A stretch of DNA of 63,764 bases, counting the filler, from Octopus bimaculoides (lineage: Eukaryota): NCBI RefSeq assembly GCF_001194135.2. It is 6 parts of 6 records of this genome, joined end to end, with 100 filler letters (N's around TTAATTAATTAA, not from the genome) between each part and the next. Parts side by side here need not be neighbours in the genome. Positions count along the whole stretch, not along the records: positions 15,453 to 37,842 come from NC_068992.1; positions 37,943 to 55,713 come from NC_068998.1; 4 more parts are not named here. One strand, given 5' to 3'. Shown here in pieces: positions 26,786-40,993 of this stretch; position 1 is the stretch's first letter, and every line of letters starts with the position of its first letter. The notes below the pieces were generated by a model. That model searched no databases, was not told the origin of the DNA, and saw only the letters and a program-made list of their open reading frames with translations. A program made the position numbers and the translations under genes.

Positions 26786-28099
26786 TTCCCTGTTTCCAAA
26801 CAAGGCAATATTTCTCCTAATCCTCTGAACATGCACAGCTGAATAGCCAGACATGTTTTCATGGAAGATTGCAAAATGAATGACATTTGTTTAGCATCTA
26901 ACATGCAAAGTAAAACCAAGAAGACAAGAACACACACACACACACGTACAGGTTTCTATTAGTTTCATTTTACTAACTGTACTCATAAGATTTGGGTCAC
27001 CCTGGGGCAGTAGTAGAGGAAATTTGGTCAAAGCATTGTCCGGTGAGACTGAATCCAAAACCATCAGGTTGTGAATACAGCTTCTTAACAAAACAGCCAA
27101 GCTTCTGTTTATGAATTATATAATTGTGGCAGAAGCTGATGTTTGGAACTGTTTATTGGTCTTAGACACCAGACCACAGCCATGCTAAGGCACCTCTTTG
27201 AGAGATTTTTTTTTTTGGTTAATTACATCAACTGGAAGTTCTTCATCTGGTAGATTATTTATTAATCTTGTAAGACATGGAATTTGATCGCTCATAATGG
27301 GAAGTAACTGGATGATATATATATGCTCTACTCTATCTTAATGTATTTTTGATCAGTGCATAAATTCTACCATCCAATATTGAAACATAATACGTACAAA
27401 CATACATATAATGTAGCATCAGCTTCATCATCATCATCATCATCATAATCATAATATATAAACGAGGGCATTTTTAAGTTTCTCTCTACCAAATCAACTC
27501 ACAAGGCTTTGGTTGGCTCAAGGCTATAGTAGAATACGCTTGCCCAAGGTGCCATGTAGTGGGACTGAACCCAAAACCATGTAGTTGGGAAGCAAGCTAC
27601 TTACCTCAAAGCCACTCCTGTGCACACACACATATATGTGTAATATCAATCAACATTTTATCTAAATTGTAATTAGCAAAGTCATGAACATCACAACTTC
27701 AATTTGCCTCTTGAAAATTCCTGAAAGTCTCAATCAAGCAACAGACTCCACTTCCTTCTGCACACCCTTCCATCATACCCCTAACTACACATAGCTACAC
27801 ATTCTTCCTCCTCTGCCTCCTCCTCCTCTTTTTCCATCATCCAACACCCCCCACCCATCACCACACTCCCCCTCTATATCCACTCGACCCCCTCCCAACG
27901 CCTGCAACATTTACACCCACACATCAAATAAACAGACGCACTTGAAATAAAATAAATATTTTATTTAAATATTCTCCCACTTCTCTCACAGGGACCATGT
28001 CTTGGGAATAATTTCAAATGGGGCATGTCTTGTCTTGTTTCTAATTCTTTCTTCTGAAATTCCTTTGAGAATCTCTTTCAGTTTATATTTTTACAGACC

Positions 28100-28436
28100 T
28101 TCATTCATTCTGTCATTCACTATTCTCCTCTTTCACCTTCCGTTGCTGTTCTCATCATTCTTCTTCCCTTACTCCCTCTCTTCCTCTTCCTTCTACATTT
28201 CTTCTTATACTTCTTTGTCTTCTTTCTCATTTCTCCTTCACCTCCTCCTCCTCCTCTTCTTCTTCTTTCTCCTTCTACTCCTTTCTCCACTTCTTCTTCT
28301 TCTTCTGTTTCTTCATTTTTGTTTTCTTCCCCTTCTTTTTATTCATCATCATCATTGTCCTACTCTAACACTGTCATCAAACTAAGAGATTTTCACTCAT
28401 TTTGTCTTTATGCAATAAATGTTCCAAGGCTTACTG

Positions 28437-28511
<75 letters not shown>

Positions 28512-28860
28512 GAACAGAGATGGAAAGTGTGTAAGGGAGGGAGAGAATGAGTGAGAAAGAAAAAGAGAGAGAGAGTGATAAAGAAGGAGAGAGGTTAAGT
28601 GAGTGAATGAAAGAGAGAGAGAAAAAGGAGAAAGAGTGATCTTGACATGTGACTTACACCTCATTGATTAGCTAACACAACCGAATAAAATTCATTTGAA
28701 GAAGGTCGACTGATGTTGATGACGATGATGATGATGGTAGTGTTGGTGGTGGTGGTGGGACTGGTAATGTTGATGGCAGCAGTAGATGGTGAGGAGTGAT
28801 GTTGATGATGATGGAGGCAGTGGTGGTACCGATGACAATCTAAGGATAACGGTGATGCTC

Positions 28861-28891
<31 letters not shown>

Positions 28892-28945
28892 GTGTGACGA
28901 AGGCAGTGGTGGCAATAATGATAATTTCAGGATAAAGGTGATGTT

Positions 28946-29004
<59 letters not shown>

Positions 29005-29830
29005 CGATGGTGATGATGGTGATGATGACAATAATGATGATGATGTTGGTGATGATGATGATGATGGTTTTAGCAAACACACAGCATCGTGTGACTGGCT
29101 TTTATCGATAAATTACAAGTGGTGAGAAAGAAGGAAGACAAGGAGAAGGTGATGTGTTGAAGATAATGGTAATGGTAGCGGCAGCAGCAGCAACAGTGGC
29201 GGCGGCGATGATGTTTTTAGTTTATTTCTTTTGGTAAAGGAGCTTGGCAGCATGTCTAACCAAATGTGAAGTTTTGGCTCACCAAAATTCTTACATTCAC
29301 AAAAGGAGTCAACTGGAAACTACAAATTTATTTACAATTATTATTTATTGCTTTTCTTCTTCTTCTTCTTCTTCTTCTTCTTCTTCTCTTTCTTCTTCTT
29401 CTTCTTGTTCTTCTTTTTCTTCTTTTTCCTTCTTCTTCTTCTTTTTCTTCTTCTTTTTCTTCTTCTTCTTCTTCTTCTTGGTGTTGTTGTTGTTGTTCTT
29501 CTTCTTCTTCTTCTACCTCCTCCTCCTTCTCCTCCACTCCTTATATTTCATTTTTTTATATTCATTTTCATTTTCTTACCTTTTTTTTTTATAAAAAATT
29601 TCTTTTACCTTATTTTAAACTCTTCCCTACAATTTCTTTTTCTTTTTCTTTTCTTTCTTCTTTTTTCTTTCTTCCTTTCCTTTCTCCTTACTCCTTTTAT
29701 ATTTCCAAACGAATCTTCAAACTCAAAAAAACATTGCCTTGAAAAGATAAAGACATTTCCCCCACCCACTCTCAGCACTTTTTTTCTCTCTTTTTCCTTC
29801 CTTCTTTTCTTTCCTTCCTTCTTTTCTTTT
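28100..29830. repeat. Low-complexity block: (CTT)n, (GA)n, (GAT)n, (CTT)n, (CTTT)n
   Basis: Read directly from the sequence; source of the homopolymeric ORFs. Confidence 0.95.
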
Positions 29831-30850
29831 TTCTTTTTACTTTTCACGGCTGGTTGGCTTTCCGCTCCACTAAGCACTCAGCCATGAAATGTAAGTGAGG
29901 AGCAAAACGTTAGTTTACACCTAGATTCATGTATTTATTTATTTTACGCACTCTCTTGTCACTTTGGATGCATGGAGAAGTTCCAGTTGTTTGATCAACG
30001 ATGGAAACTACTAAAGTCATTGTCTTAGAGTGGCAGCAGCTAAGAATTGCACAGTTCTTAATGTTAAATATGCACAAACACAGCTGTGTGGATTGCTTTC
30101 CCAACCACAGAGTCTTCGGTTCAGTTCCAGAGCATGGCATCTTAGAACAAATGCCTTCAACTGTAGCCTTGAGCTTTGACGACAGACCTTCTGAGTGAAT
30201 TTGGTGGAAGGAATCTGAAAGAAGACTTTTGTATATAACTGACACTTACAACAAGGACAGTTCCAGGTGATCTGATCAATGGGACAGCCTGCTCATGAAA
30301 TTAACTTGCAAGTGGTTGAGTGTTCCACAGACACACGTACCCTTAAGGTAATTCTCAGGGATATTCAGCATGACAAGGCTGGCTCTTTGAATTACAGGTA
30401 CTACACATTTTTGCCTACTGAGTAAACTGGAGCAATGTGAAATAAAGTATCTTGCTTAAGGACACAACTAATTGCGCAGAATTGAACTCATACCCTTACG
30501 ATCGTGAGCCGAATACCCTAACCACTAAGCTATGTGCCTTCACCTGTTGTATATACATATATATATATTCTTTTACTTGTTTCAGTCATTTGGCTGCAGC
30601 CATGCTGGAGCACTGCCTTTAGTCAAACAATTTGACCCCAGAACTTATTCTTTGTAAGCAAACACAGACACACAAACATATACACACACATGCATATATA
30701 TATATGTATACATATATCCAACGGGCTTCTTTTAAAATGCGACAGGTGATTTAATACAGATCTTATTATTTTTTATCTGAGTCTACATCATTTCTGATTT
30801 CTTTCAACCAATTCACACATATTCTACCCAGCTGCACTCTATCCAACTTT

Positions 30851-30974
<124 letters not shown>

Positions 30975-31335
30975 AACACAAGTATATATAAGTGAGAAAA
31001 TTAACTTCCCCAAGGGTACAGCATAATATCCAATACGATACTTCATACAGCTTCAATCTCATGATGGAAATTCATCAACGTTAATCCATCATAACTCCTC
31101 CACACCTCAAATGTAATTTCCTTTTAATTAGATTTTTGTTAATGTCATCAATTAAAAGGACATATTTGTCTGAATTATTTAAATCTGTTGAATGTTATAT
31201 TTTTGGATTTTACAGAGAGTAAAGGGGTGTGTTGCGTAATATGAACTAAACGCACTTAAATATTAAAGAGTTAAATCCCATGATCAGTATAAACATGTAT
31301 GTGTTTGCATGTGTGTGTGTACGTACACATATAGC

Positions 31336-31368
<33 letters not shown>

Positions 31369-32113
31369 TGTGTAGATATTGTAGATATTAGATATTGTCA
31401 GTGTATGATATATCTGAAAAAGAAGCACGCTCTAAAGTATAGGGCAGTAATGTATTTTCATGCAGCTAAATATATGTCTGGTCACAAAGTGACCAATGGT
31501 TTTGCCTCTATGTTGGCACTCTGTCGCTTACGACGTCGAGGGTTCCAGTTGATCCGATCAACGGAACAGCCTGCTCGTGAAATTAACGTGCAAGTGGCTG
31601 AGCACTCCACAAACACGTGTACCCTTAACGTAGTTCCCGGGGATATTCAGCGTGACATAGTGTGACAAGGCTGACCCCTTGAATTACAGGTACAACAGAA
31701 ACAGGAAGTAAGAGCGAGGTAAAGTTGTGGTGAAAGAGTACAGCAGGGTTCGCCACCATCCCCTGCCGGAGCCTCGTGGAACTTTTTAGGTGTTTTCGCT
31801 GATTTTGCCTCCATAATGTGCTTAACTCTGTGGATGACTCGTCAGAATCTAATGGAAGAGTTAAAGGGATTGTGTTGGAATATTCTTTGTTGAATAACTG
31901 ATGTTGTAAAGTACCATGTTATCTGCCATTAGAGTTTGGCAAGGCATCCATGGAGCTAAGCACTTTATGGATACGAAACCATTGGTCATTCTATGACCAG
32001 ATGTATATTTAACTTCATGTAAATATATATATATTGAATGCTCAAAATGAAGAGTAGATAGACAGCCAACAACTGATGAAGGGTCCTTTCTCTGTGTTTA
32101 CTTGTCCTGTTTA

Positions 32114-32154
<41 letters not shown>

Positions 32155-32814
32155 TATACTCTCTTTTACTCTTACTCTTTTACTCTTTTACTTGTTTCAG
32201 TCAGTTAACTGCGGCCATGCTGGAGCACCACCTTTAGTCAAGCATCTCCAGAGTCTGTTACCAAGCAGCATCCAAAACAGAGAATTGGTTGAGGGGACAG
32301 CCTCCCACTCCAGTTGCCAGCTAGGGATCTAAGAAAAGAAGAAGGCTGATTATAGTATACAGAGCAAAGGTAGGAGTAATTTGGATAAACATCGTTTGTT
32401 CCCTACATACGTTTCACCACTGTGGTTGTCTGGAACCTTGGCATTGGTAGATTCTGATAGTGGGTGCAATGGAAACAAAACAGATGGATTTGTCTGGTGG
32501 CTTTTCAGAAGAGCCAAGGTAAAAAATAGTCACTGCCAGGAAGACAGAAAGGAAAGGAGAAAGAGAGAGAGGGTGATAGATAAGAAACAGCACTTCTTTG
32601 AGATAATGGTTGTTTCATATTAATGAGAGAGTCTTTGACTATCAGCTGAATGAGCAACTTGGTGATGCAGTCTAAGATATTAGCATGCTTATCATCCTGT
32701 CCATCAGCAATGAGTATGACTAACATCATGAATAAAACTTCTCCAAATAGAGAGATCACAGCTAGCTGCTATCACTTTTCAGTGGGAATAAATACGTCTG
32801 TTAATTACTCTTTG

Positions 32815-33150
32815 AGGTGCATGGCTTAGGGATTAGAGCATCAGGCTCACAATCATGAGGTAGTGTGTTCGATTCTTGGACCAGGCTGTGTGTTGTGTTC
32901 TTGACCAAGGTACTTCATTTCATGTTGCTCCATTTCACTCACTTGTAGAAATGAGTTGCAACATCACTGGTGCCAAGCTGTATTGGCCTTTACCTCTCCC
33001 TTGGATAACAATGTTGGTATGGACAGCATAGTGACCTGGTATGCATGGGCAACTGCTGGTCTTCCATAAACAACATTTCCTGGACTTGTGCCACAGAGGG
33101 AATCTTTCTCAGGTGCAATGCATTGGTCATTCATGACCAAAGGGATTCTT
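32815..33150 (+). mobile_element. SINE family D copy
   Basis: tRNA-like head ggtgcatggcttag..gttcgattc, core ttgctcca.ttcactca.ctgtagaaatgagttgc. Minus-strand relative at ~48385-48765. Confidence 0.8.
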
Positions 33151-34110
33151 TTTATTGTTTGAGACAGTGACCTTGGATCTCACATTGAGTTTAACCAATG
33201 TTTCCATAGCCATCTGCCAGTTTTGAGAACAGGACTTTCTTTGTGAGTGCATTATCACCAACTCTGGCAATGCAACTTGGCTACTGGAGATTTCTCTGCA
33301 TTAATAGATGGTGCATGGATTGAAAGCCAACCTTCGGAGTGGTCATATTGGTAGCTTTGCTTGCATGCATTCCAGCAGGACCATAATCATTGTCACAAAT
33401 TCTTTTCTACTCTAGGCACAAGGCCCAAAAAGAATCATTGTCTCGGTTATATATAGCAGCACCTAAATACATACTCCGATGTTTTTGTCTTCTTGTCTGT
33501 GTATGTTTTTCCTTGATTTCTAAATAAAATATTTCATAAATGAAATGCATATACGAGGACAAACAAAAACTGAAAGACAGGAGAATCAGGAATATACATA
33601 AAAAAATCCATGACACTTATTAACTGTAGACCAGAAGTCGGAAAATAAAATGTTGTTTATTTTTGTCAATTTTCCTTCTTTTTTTTTGTTTACCATCCAT
33701 TCTCATTCTCTCTCTCAGTATATGTGTGTATGTGTATGCTTGTGCATTTGTATATATATATATGTGTATGTATATCTATACATATATATGTATGNNNNNN
33801 NNNNNNNNNNNNNNNNNNNNNNNNNNNNNNNNNNNNNNNNNNNNNNNNNNNNNNNNNNNNNNNNNNNNNNNNNNNNNNNNNNNNNNNNNNNNNNNNNNNN
33901 NNNNNNNNNNNNNNNNNNNNNNNNNNNNNNNNNNNNNNNNNNNNNNNNNNNNNNNNNNNNNNNNNNNNNNNNNNNNNNNNNNNNNNNNNNNNNNNNNNNN
34001 NNNNNNNNNNNNNNNNNNNNNNNNNNNNNNNNNNNNNNNNNNNNNNNNNNNNNNNNNNNNNNNNNNNNNNNNNNNNNNNNNNNNNNNNNNNNNNNNNNNN
34101 NNNNNNNNNN

Positions 34111-34163
<53 letters not shown>

Positions 34164-34509
34164 GTGTGTGTATGTATGTAACGTTTGTTTATGGATGTAT
34201 AATTGTATTTCCTCCATCCTGTGTGGTCTTGTAGATTTTTAAGAAGGGTGAATGAGAGGACTACTTAAAGGTAGGTTGTTAGTTTTGTCTGATTAACAGA
34301 ATCTCTCCCTCCCTCCCTAACACTACCTGCCTACTTACCCACTTACCTATCTACCTACTTACTTTCCTTCCTACCGTCCTACCTGTACCAGGCATTGAGC
34401 TTACCAGCATACATCATCATCATATCAGTATTAATTTTCTCACATTACCTTTCTACATCCTATTCAGCTTCCACTTCATTGCCCTCCTCCTCTTCCTCAT
34501 NNNNNNNNN

Positions 34510-35035
34510 NCTCCTCTTCCTCATCATTGTAGCCTCATCATCATCGTCTTGCTTCTCATCACCACTAACACTATTACGATTACCCACCAACCCCCGCCCC
34601 TGCCACCACTACTGTTGTCACACTCCGAACATCACCATCATCATCATAACTACCAGCAACATCACCACCACAACTACCATCACCACTACCACTTCAGGCA
34701 CCACCTGCACCACCACTGCCTCTTTGCCATTGTCACTACTACAACCACCACCACCACCACCAACAACAACAACGCCCTCACCATTACCACAAATTTCACT
34801 GTCATCAGTACCACTACCTTCACCAATATTACCATCATCACCACTATTATTCACACTAACCACAGTATTACCACCAATATCCTCCCTACTACTACCACCA
34901 TCACCACTGCCAGCAACACCATCACCATCATCACCACCAGCAATAACAACAGTACCATCATTATCACCACCACTACCAACAACAACAACATTAACACCAT
35001 GAACGTTACTCTCACCACCACTACATCTTCCACAT
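34510..35035. repeat. Degenerate (CAC/CAT/AAC)n trinucleotide array
   Basis: Read directly from the sequence; a similar array lies at 25960-26220. Confidence 0.9.
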
Positions 35036-36041
35036 ATTGGTGTTATTGACATACCAGGCATTATTGTGAGATGTAGCAAGTTACAAGACCAGATAGAATT
35101 ATCTGAACAACCAGGTATCAAAACACTCCATCAAGAGGTGAATCCTAGAATGAGCCACACCATATATTAATGGGTCAAGGTGATGCAGGCTTTGTATAGT
35201 TAAAATCATTCATATCGTTTTTTAAAACCTTAGAACTCTACTGACCAACTACTAGATCTGAGGTTTTTACTAAATGCAAGCATCTCGATAAGTTTCTGTT
35301 ATCAAACTGGAGAACACCATTGTTAATTCCCATTCTAAAGGCCCAAAGGAACACAATTCTTAACTCCCTTTCCTCCATATTTTTCTTATTTTCATTTCCA
35401 TCTCATATTTCTCTCATTTACTTTTTTATCTCATTTTTTCTTGTATTTTCTCACTTTTTNNNNNNNNNNNNNNNNNNNNNNNNNNNNNNNNNNNNNNNNN
35501 NNNNNNNNNNNNNNNNNNNNNNNNNNNNNNNNNNNNNNNNNNNNNNNNNNNNNNNNNNNNNNNNNNNNNNNNNNNNNNNNNNNNNNNNNNNNNNNNNNNN
35601 NNNNNNNNNNNNNNNNNNNNNNNNNNNNNNNNNNNNNNNNNNNNNNNNNNNNNNNNNNNNNNNNNNNNNNNNNNNNNNNNNNNNNNNNNNNNNNNNNNNN
35701 NNNNNNNNNNNNNNNNNNNNNNNNNNNNNNNNNNNNNNNNNNNNNNNNNNNNNNNNNNNNNNNNNNNNNNNNNNNNNNNNNNNNNNNNNNNNNNNNNNNN
35801 NNNNNNNNNNNNNNNNNNNNNNNNNNNNNNNNNNNNNNNNNNNNNNNNNNNNNNNNNNNNNNNNNNNNNNNNNNNNNNNNNNNNNNNNNNNNNNNNNNNN
35901 NNNNNNNNNNNNNNNNNNNNNNNNNNNNNNNNNNNNNNNNNNNNNNNNNNNNNNNNNNNNNNNNNNNNNNNNNNNNNNNNNNNNNNNNNNNNNNNNNNNN
36001 NNNNNNNNNNNNNNNNNNNNNNNNNNNNNNNNNNNNNNNNN

Positions 36042-36085
<44 letters not shown>

Positions 36086-36319
36086 CTCATGACAAGTGAA
36101 TGCATGTTAATGCATTTAAGCACATTCAAAAGCGTACAATATGAAGTGGAGTGCAATATGATATTAAGCTTCTATTATATTTTGTAACTCTCAAGGTTTT
36201 GTATTGAGTACACTTTTTTTTCACCTGCTTGTATGTATTCACTCATTCATTGTATCACCCCTTTAATGGCAGAGCCTTCAATACAAACTGGACATTAAAG
36301 CTCGATCATGAATATTCAC

Positions 36320-36539
36320 CTGTTGAACTTTTCAAACAAAACATCACTATGCTGCCACAGAAATATTCCATGAAATGTCATATTTAGAACAGAAAATTTC
36401 GTGAAAATTTGTGTTAAAAGGCGTAGATTCTTAACAAAGCAAGTGGAATAACCCTGGAAGAAATGCTCGGTTTTAAAATTTAATTGTCTGTCCTCTTCCC
36501 CAAGAAATTGGTGGGGAAAAAAACCCAATTGATACATAC
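36320..36539 (-). CDS. Candidate internal exon of an unidentified gene (phase 1-2)
   Basis: Acceptor ...catttgaatag| and donor AACAG|gtgaat bound an open frame exactly in AT-rich DNA: (G)MYQLGFFPHQFLGEEDRQLNFKTEHFFQGYSTCFVKNLRLLTQIFTKFSVLNMTFHGIFLWQHSDVLFEKFN(R). Family not recognised. Confidence 0.5.
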
Positions 36540-37056
36540 CTATTCAAATGAGTTATAAACATACATTTCAGAAATGTTACATAATAATTTCCAATAAATT
36601 TTTTTTTAAATACAAACTAAAAATCTTTTAAAAACTCTAACATATTCACATAATCAGACAAAACAAAAATAGAATTTTTATGGAAGAAATCACTGTGCAT
36701 GAAAACATTTCTATCCAAATAGCATGACAAACTTTTAGAAAAAAAATATCAGCACATTAAATTCCATTAACTTGAAGCTAAAGATTTTACAACTATCTTT
36801 CATACAGTCGATAACATTAAAATTTTTCACTGTGGGAGCCATATGCCACTTTTAAGAATCATAAACAAAATGTTCTAAGCAATCCATCCACAAAAGTCAT
36901 CAACTCTACCAAAAGTCAAATATATATTATTAGCAAATTCTGTATTTTAGATAAAATACCAGGCTAGTAAAATGTGTGAAGCTGCTTCTATATATCAGAG
37001 CTCAGGAATTGAAGATCTGGGCATAGTTGAAATATTATTGACAACAAATGTACAAA

Positions 37057-37250
37057 TAGATTCACTTCAACATTGAAATTTAAGTTGCCAAAATATTTTC
37101 ATCGCTTTGAGACCATGACCTGTTCACTGACAAACTTCCGTGCTGCAGAGATGCAGAGATGCAGCACGGTATTTTGTCAGTGAACAGGTCGCAGTCTCAA
37201 AGTGACGAAAATATTTTGGCAAATTAAATTTCAATGTTCAAGTGAATCTA
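37057..37250. mobile_element. Palindromic foldback MITE / ~190-nt hairpin
   Basis: Arms of ~90 bp (tagattcactt...gtgctgca / tgcagcac...aagtgaatcta) with few mismatches, ~12-nt loop, TA at both ends. Confidence 0.8.
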
Positions 37251-37842
37251 ACGGTTTTTTGTATGTTTCTTAAATGGCTTATAAACACCTTCCATGCTGC
37301 AATTGTTTTCATTCCAGCACACAATCTCAGATCATGTTACTTGCTATGCAAGTACATCTCCGTAAAAAATGTACAAATGTTTACAGTGTATAAAGACTTT
37401 TCTACATCACCCATATTTGCTGAATTCAACATTGAAAATAGAATTTACTGGCTTTTGCATGCACTGATGAAGCCAAGGTGCCACGCAGTGGGACTGAACC
37501 CGAAGCCATGTGGTTGGTAAGCAAGCTACTTACCACACAGCCACTCCTACGCCTATTAAAATTATTTTACATGCAATAGTATGCATGTGTATGGAAAGCT
37601 GTACTTTTGAATTACAAGTATATTTCACCTGATGCACTTCTATACAGTTTCCATCTACCCCAGTTACACTCACAAGATATGAAACAGCCTAAGGGTAAGA
37701 AACATGAAGTTTGCCCTAGATGGCATCATATAGAATCAAACCCAGGATCGCATGGTTGCAAAACAAACTCCTTAACCATTTAGCCACAAGTAAAATATTT
37801 ATATGATTACTATAATAACTCACTCACTTCTCTCTACCATCC

Positions 37843-37942
37843 NNNNNNNNNNNNNNNNNNNNNNNNNNNNNNNNNNNNNNNNNNNNTTAATTAATTAANN
37901 NNNNNNNNNNNNNNNNNNNNNNNNNNNNNNNNNNNNNNNNNN
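37843..37942. other. Artificial contig-join spacer 2
   Basis: 44 N + TTAATTAATTAA (37887-37898) + 44 N. Confidence 0.97.
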
Positions 37943-38076
37943 TTCCCACCGCTTCTTCTATCTGAAACTACAGAAGGTCGATATTTGTGATGTGGTGCCG
38001 AGAACGTGAGAATATATCCACCTACTAAGTAACTTTATATAGCAAAACTACGTTTATGTTTAAAACGCAACATCGT

Positions 38077-38120
<44 letters not shown>

Positions 38121-38660
38121 ACACACACGCACGCGCACACACTCACACGTGAATATGCACATGCGCGCATACACGCATATACACATGCGTGTATATAAAC
38201 GTGCTTGCCTACACACACGTGTGTGTGTGTGTGTATTTGTATGTTTTTTCTTATCAAAACACTAGCTATAAAAAAAATCACACGAAAAGCGTAACATATC
38301 GAGTTCTATTTCTTTCGTAAATCCATTCTCATATACGTAAGGTATATGATAAGCATAGACCCCATTCATAGAAATATTCCCCATTCCTTAACTGGTACTA
38401 TAATTTATCGACCCCGAAGAGATGAAAAACAAAGCTGACTTCGGTAAGGTCTGAGCTCAGGTTGTAAAACCGCGTAACAAAATACCGCAAGTATTTTTGT
38501 TCGACACTAACATCTCAAGCGATTTCTTCGTCAAATACGTAGTTAACGATAAAATAAGTTGCAGACTGAAAATTAAAAATTGCCTAAGACTCTTGAAGGC
38601 AACGCCACTACATATTCTGACAGAATATATCAGTCATACATATATCTTTATCTGTATCTA

Positions 38661-39350
38661 CTGTCCCATAAGTTCTGTCCGATTTTACCTTTTTAAAAAT
38701 TGAATGAAATGTAATAGTATTTTAGAATGTCTAATGGAATTAGAAATTATTTTTATGCATTTGTGTACATTTACACTAACTGAATATTATTTTACAGAAT
38801 AATAGAATTAAAATTTCTTTGATTAAAACCCTTTCTAACATGGAAGTATCCAAAGAGCATTTAAGGCACATAATGCTTTATGAGTACAAAAATGGAAACT
38901 TTGCAGCCGAAGCGACTCGAAACCTACACTCAGTTTATGGAAAAGAATGCTTCAGAAGATGGTTTGCAAAATTCAGAAGTGGAGATTTCAGCCTTGAAGA
39001 TGAAGATCGAACAGGACGTCCAGTTGAGTTTCATGATAAGCTCCTTGAAGCATTACTTGAAGAAGAAAATCCTGCATTATCGGTTGAAGAATTGGCAATA
39101 AAGCTTAGTTCAAACCATACAACTGTTTATCGTCATCTTCAACAACTTGGAAAGGTTCCTAAACTTGGAAAATGGGTGCTTCATGAATTATCCGAAAGCA
39201 ACCGCAAATTCCGAGTTGACATCTGCTCTTCTCTCCATTCTCGCGAACTCATTTCACTCTTTTTGGATAGACTTGTGACAGGGAACGAAAAATGGATCTG
39301 CTATCGGAATGTTAAACGTCGTTAACAGTGGCTTGGTAAAAGTGAAAAAA
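38661..39350 (+). mobile_element. Mariner transposon, 5' portion with truncated transposase (ORF 38840-39325)
   Basis: TA then terminal sequence ctgtcccataagttctgtccgatttt; MEVSKEHLRHIMLYEY...FRRWFAKFRSGDFSLED..GRP, mariner WVPHEL variant (WVLHEL) and LVTGNEKW (first catalytic D of TGDEKW changed to N); stop at 39323; breaks off at 39350. Confidence 0.93.
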
Positions 39351-39654
39351 GCTGCCGTACCTTTGTAATCCCCATTAGACTCATCCAACTCTTTCCAAAT
39401 CCTTTGCACTGTCCTCAGAATGACACCCAAACACTCTGAAATGTTCGTATTGGAGCTTCTGGCGCGAATGTCAAGCAGTACAGCATATCGTTTTCAAATT
39501 TCTGGCAGAGTGAATTGCGTCATGGTGCTGTTTTTCTCACAGACTGTGCCCAACTGACCCGACTATACTGTGTGGTCGAAAAAATCAAAAACTAACAATG
39601 TGCATACGCGATATTGAAAATATAAAATGGCGACAATTTACTCATCGTACCCTG
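39351..39654 (-). mobile_element. Tc1/mariner (maT/DD37D-like) 5' fragment
   Basis: Begins CAGGGT at 39654 on the minus strand; inverted copy (roughly 85% identity by eye) of 40994-41286. Confidence 0.8.
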
Positions 39655-39893
39655 CACTCACACACACAAACATGTATGTATATGTATATATGCGTGAGTA
39701 GTCTAAGAGTGGGTATATTATCCGAAATGTACAGTATTATATATCCATCACGACTGATCTTACCAATCGGTTTCGCTCAAGGATTGTATTCCTTTCGCGA
39801 AACCGATTTGGTAAGATCAGCCGCGATGGCTATATAATACTGTACATTTAGATTAATATTTATATCGTATATATATATATATCTTTTATATCA

Positions 39894-39953
<60 letters not shown>

Positions 39954-40047
39954 GTGTCTGTCTATCTATCTGTGTGTGTGCGTGTGTGTGTGTGTGTGCG
40001 TGTGTGTTTGATTGTTCTTCTAATCAGTTTTTGCTATCTACTTGCAG

Positions 40048-40128
40048 AACCGGCTAACAGATGAATTGCAGCTCTTCAAAATTCAAGCCTCTCTCTTTTA
40101 TCCAATCAAATTAAAGGAAATTATTCTG
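40048..40128 (+). CDS. Possible upstream exon of the DUF885 gene
   Basis: Acceptor ...ctatctacttgcag|; the only open frame is NRLTDELQLFKIQASLFYPIKLKEIIL, and S.FY.P weakly resembles the DUF885 segment before exon A. Donor uncertain (CTG|gtgaat or later). Confidence 0.25.
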
Positions 40129-40423
40129 GTGAATCACATCCCAAATGACACGTGGTACGGTATATTATTTGTTCTATATTCTCTCCTATGCATGTGTGCG
40201 AGTGTGCGAGTGTGCGCATGCACACAAATTAAACTAGTCATGTTTTGAAGTTCCCTTGTGACTGTTTTAATATTTTTTGTCCCGGATTTACTTACAAAAA
40301 GACTCCAGTGAGTCCTGAACCCCACGACCCGTGAACCTGTAATCTAATAACAGGACTGATGCCTAATCGCCAAATTTTGCTTCTGCGCGGGGACAGATAC
40401 ATGACACCATAGCACAAAATGAC

Positions 40424-40488
<65 letters not shown>

Positions 40489-40993
40489 GGTGGTGGTGGT
40501 GGTGGTAGTGGTTTGTAAATAACACTGGTTAGAAACACACAAAAGAAAATGTTAAGTTTCCCATCGGAAAGTCGGTTGGTCTNNNNNNNNNNNNNNNNNN
40601 NNNNNNNNNNNNNNNNNNNNNNNNNNNNNNNNNNNNNNNNNNNNNNNNNNNNNNNNNNNNNNNNNNNNNNNNNNNNNNNNNNNNNNNNNNNNNNNNNNNN
40701 NNNNNNNNNNNNNNNNNNNNNNNNNNNNNNNNNNNNNNNNNNNNNNNNNNNNNNNNNNNNNNNNNNNNNNNNNNNNNNNNNNNNNNNNNNNNNNNNNNNN
40801 NNNNNNNNNNNNNNNNNNGCTGTTGGTGAACGAATGGAATTGCGCGTTCTCTTCGGTTCGTTTACTGGGACTGTGGTAGGGAAATGCACATCGCAAGGTT
40901 GTACTTGATTTGGAGAAGTTACTGCAGAGTAGCTGGGCGTGCAAAATGTATTTACGGTTCATTTAATACCTAAGTGTACGCTCAAGCATATAA

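Noticed and set aside
27981-28075. Minus-strand peptide ILKGISEERIRNKTRHAPFEIIPKTW with a gtgaga donor
   Set aside because: No polypyrimidine tract upstream (purine-rich repeat) and an in-frame stop just before.
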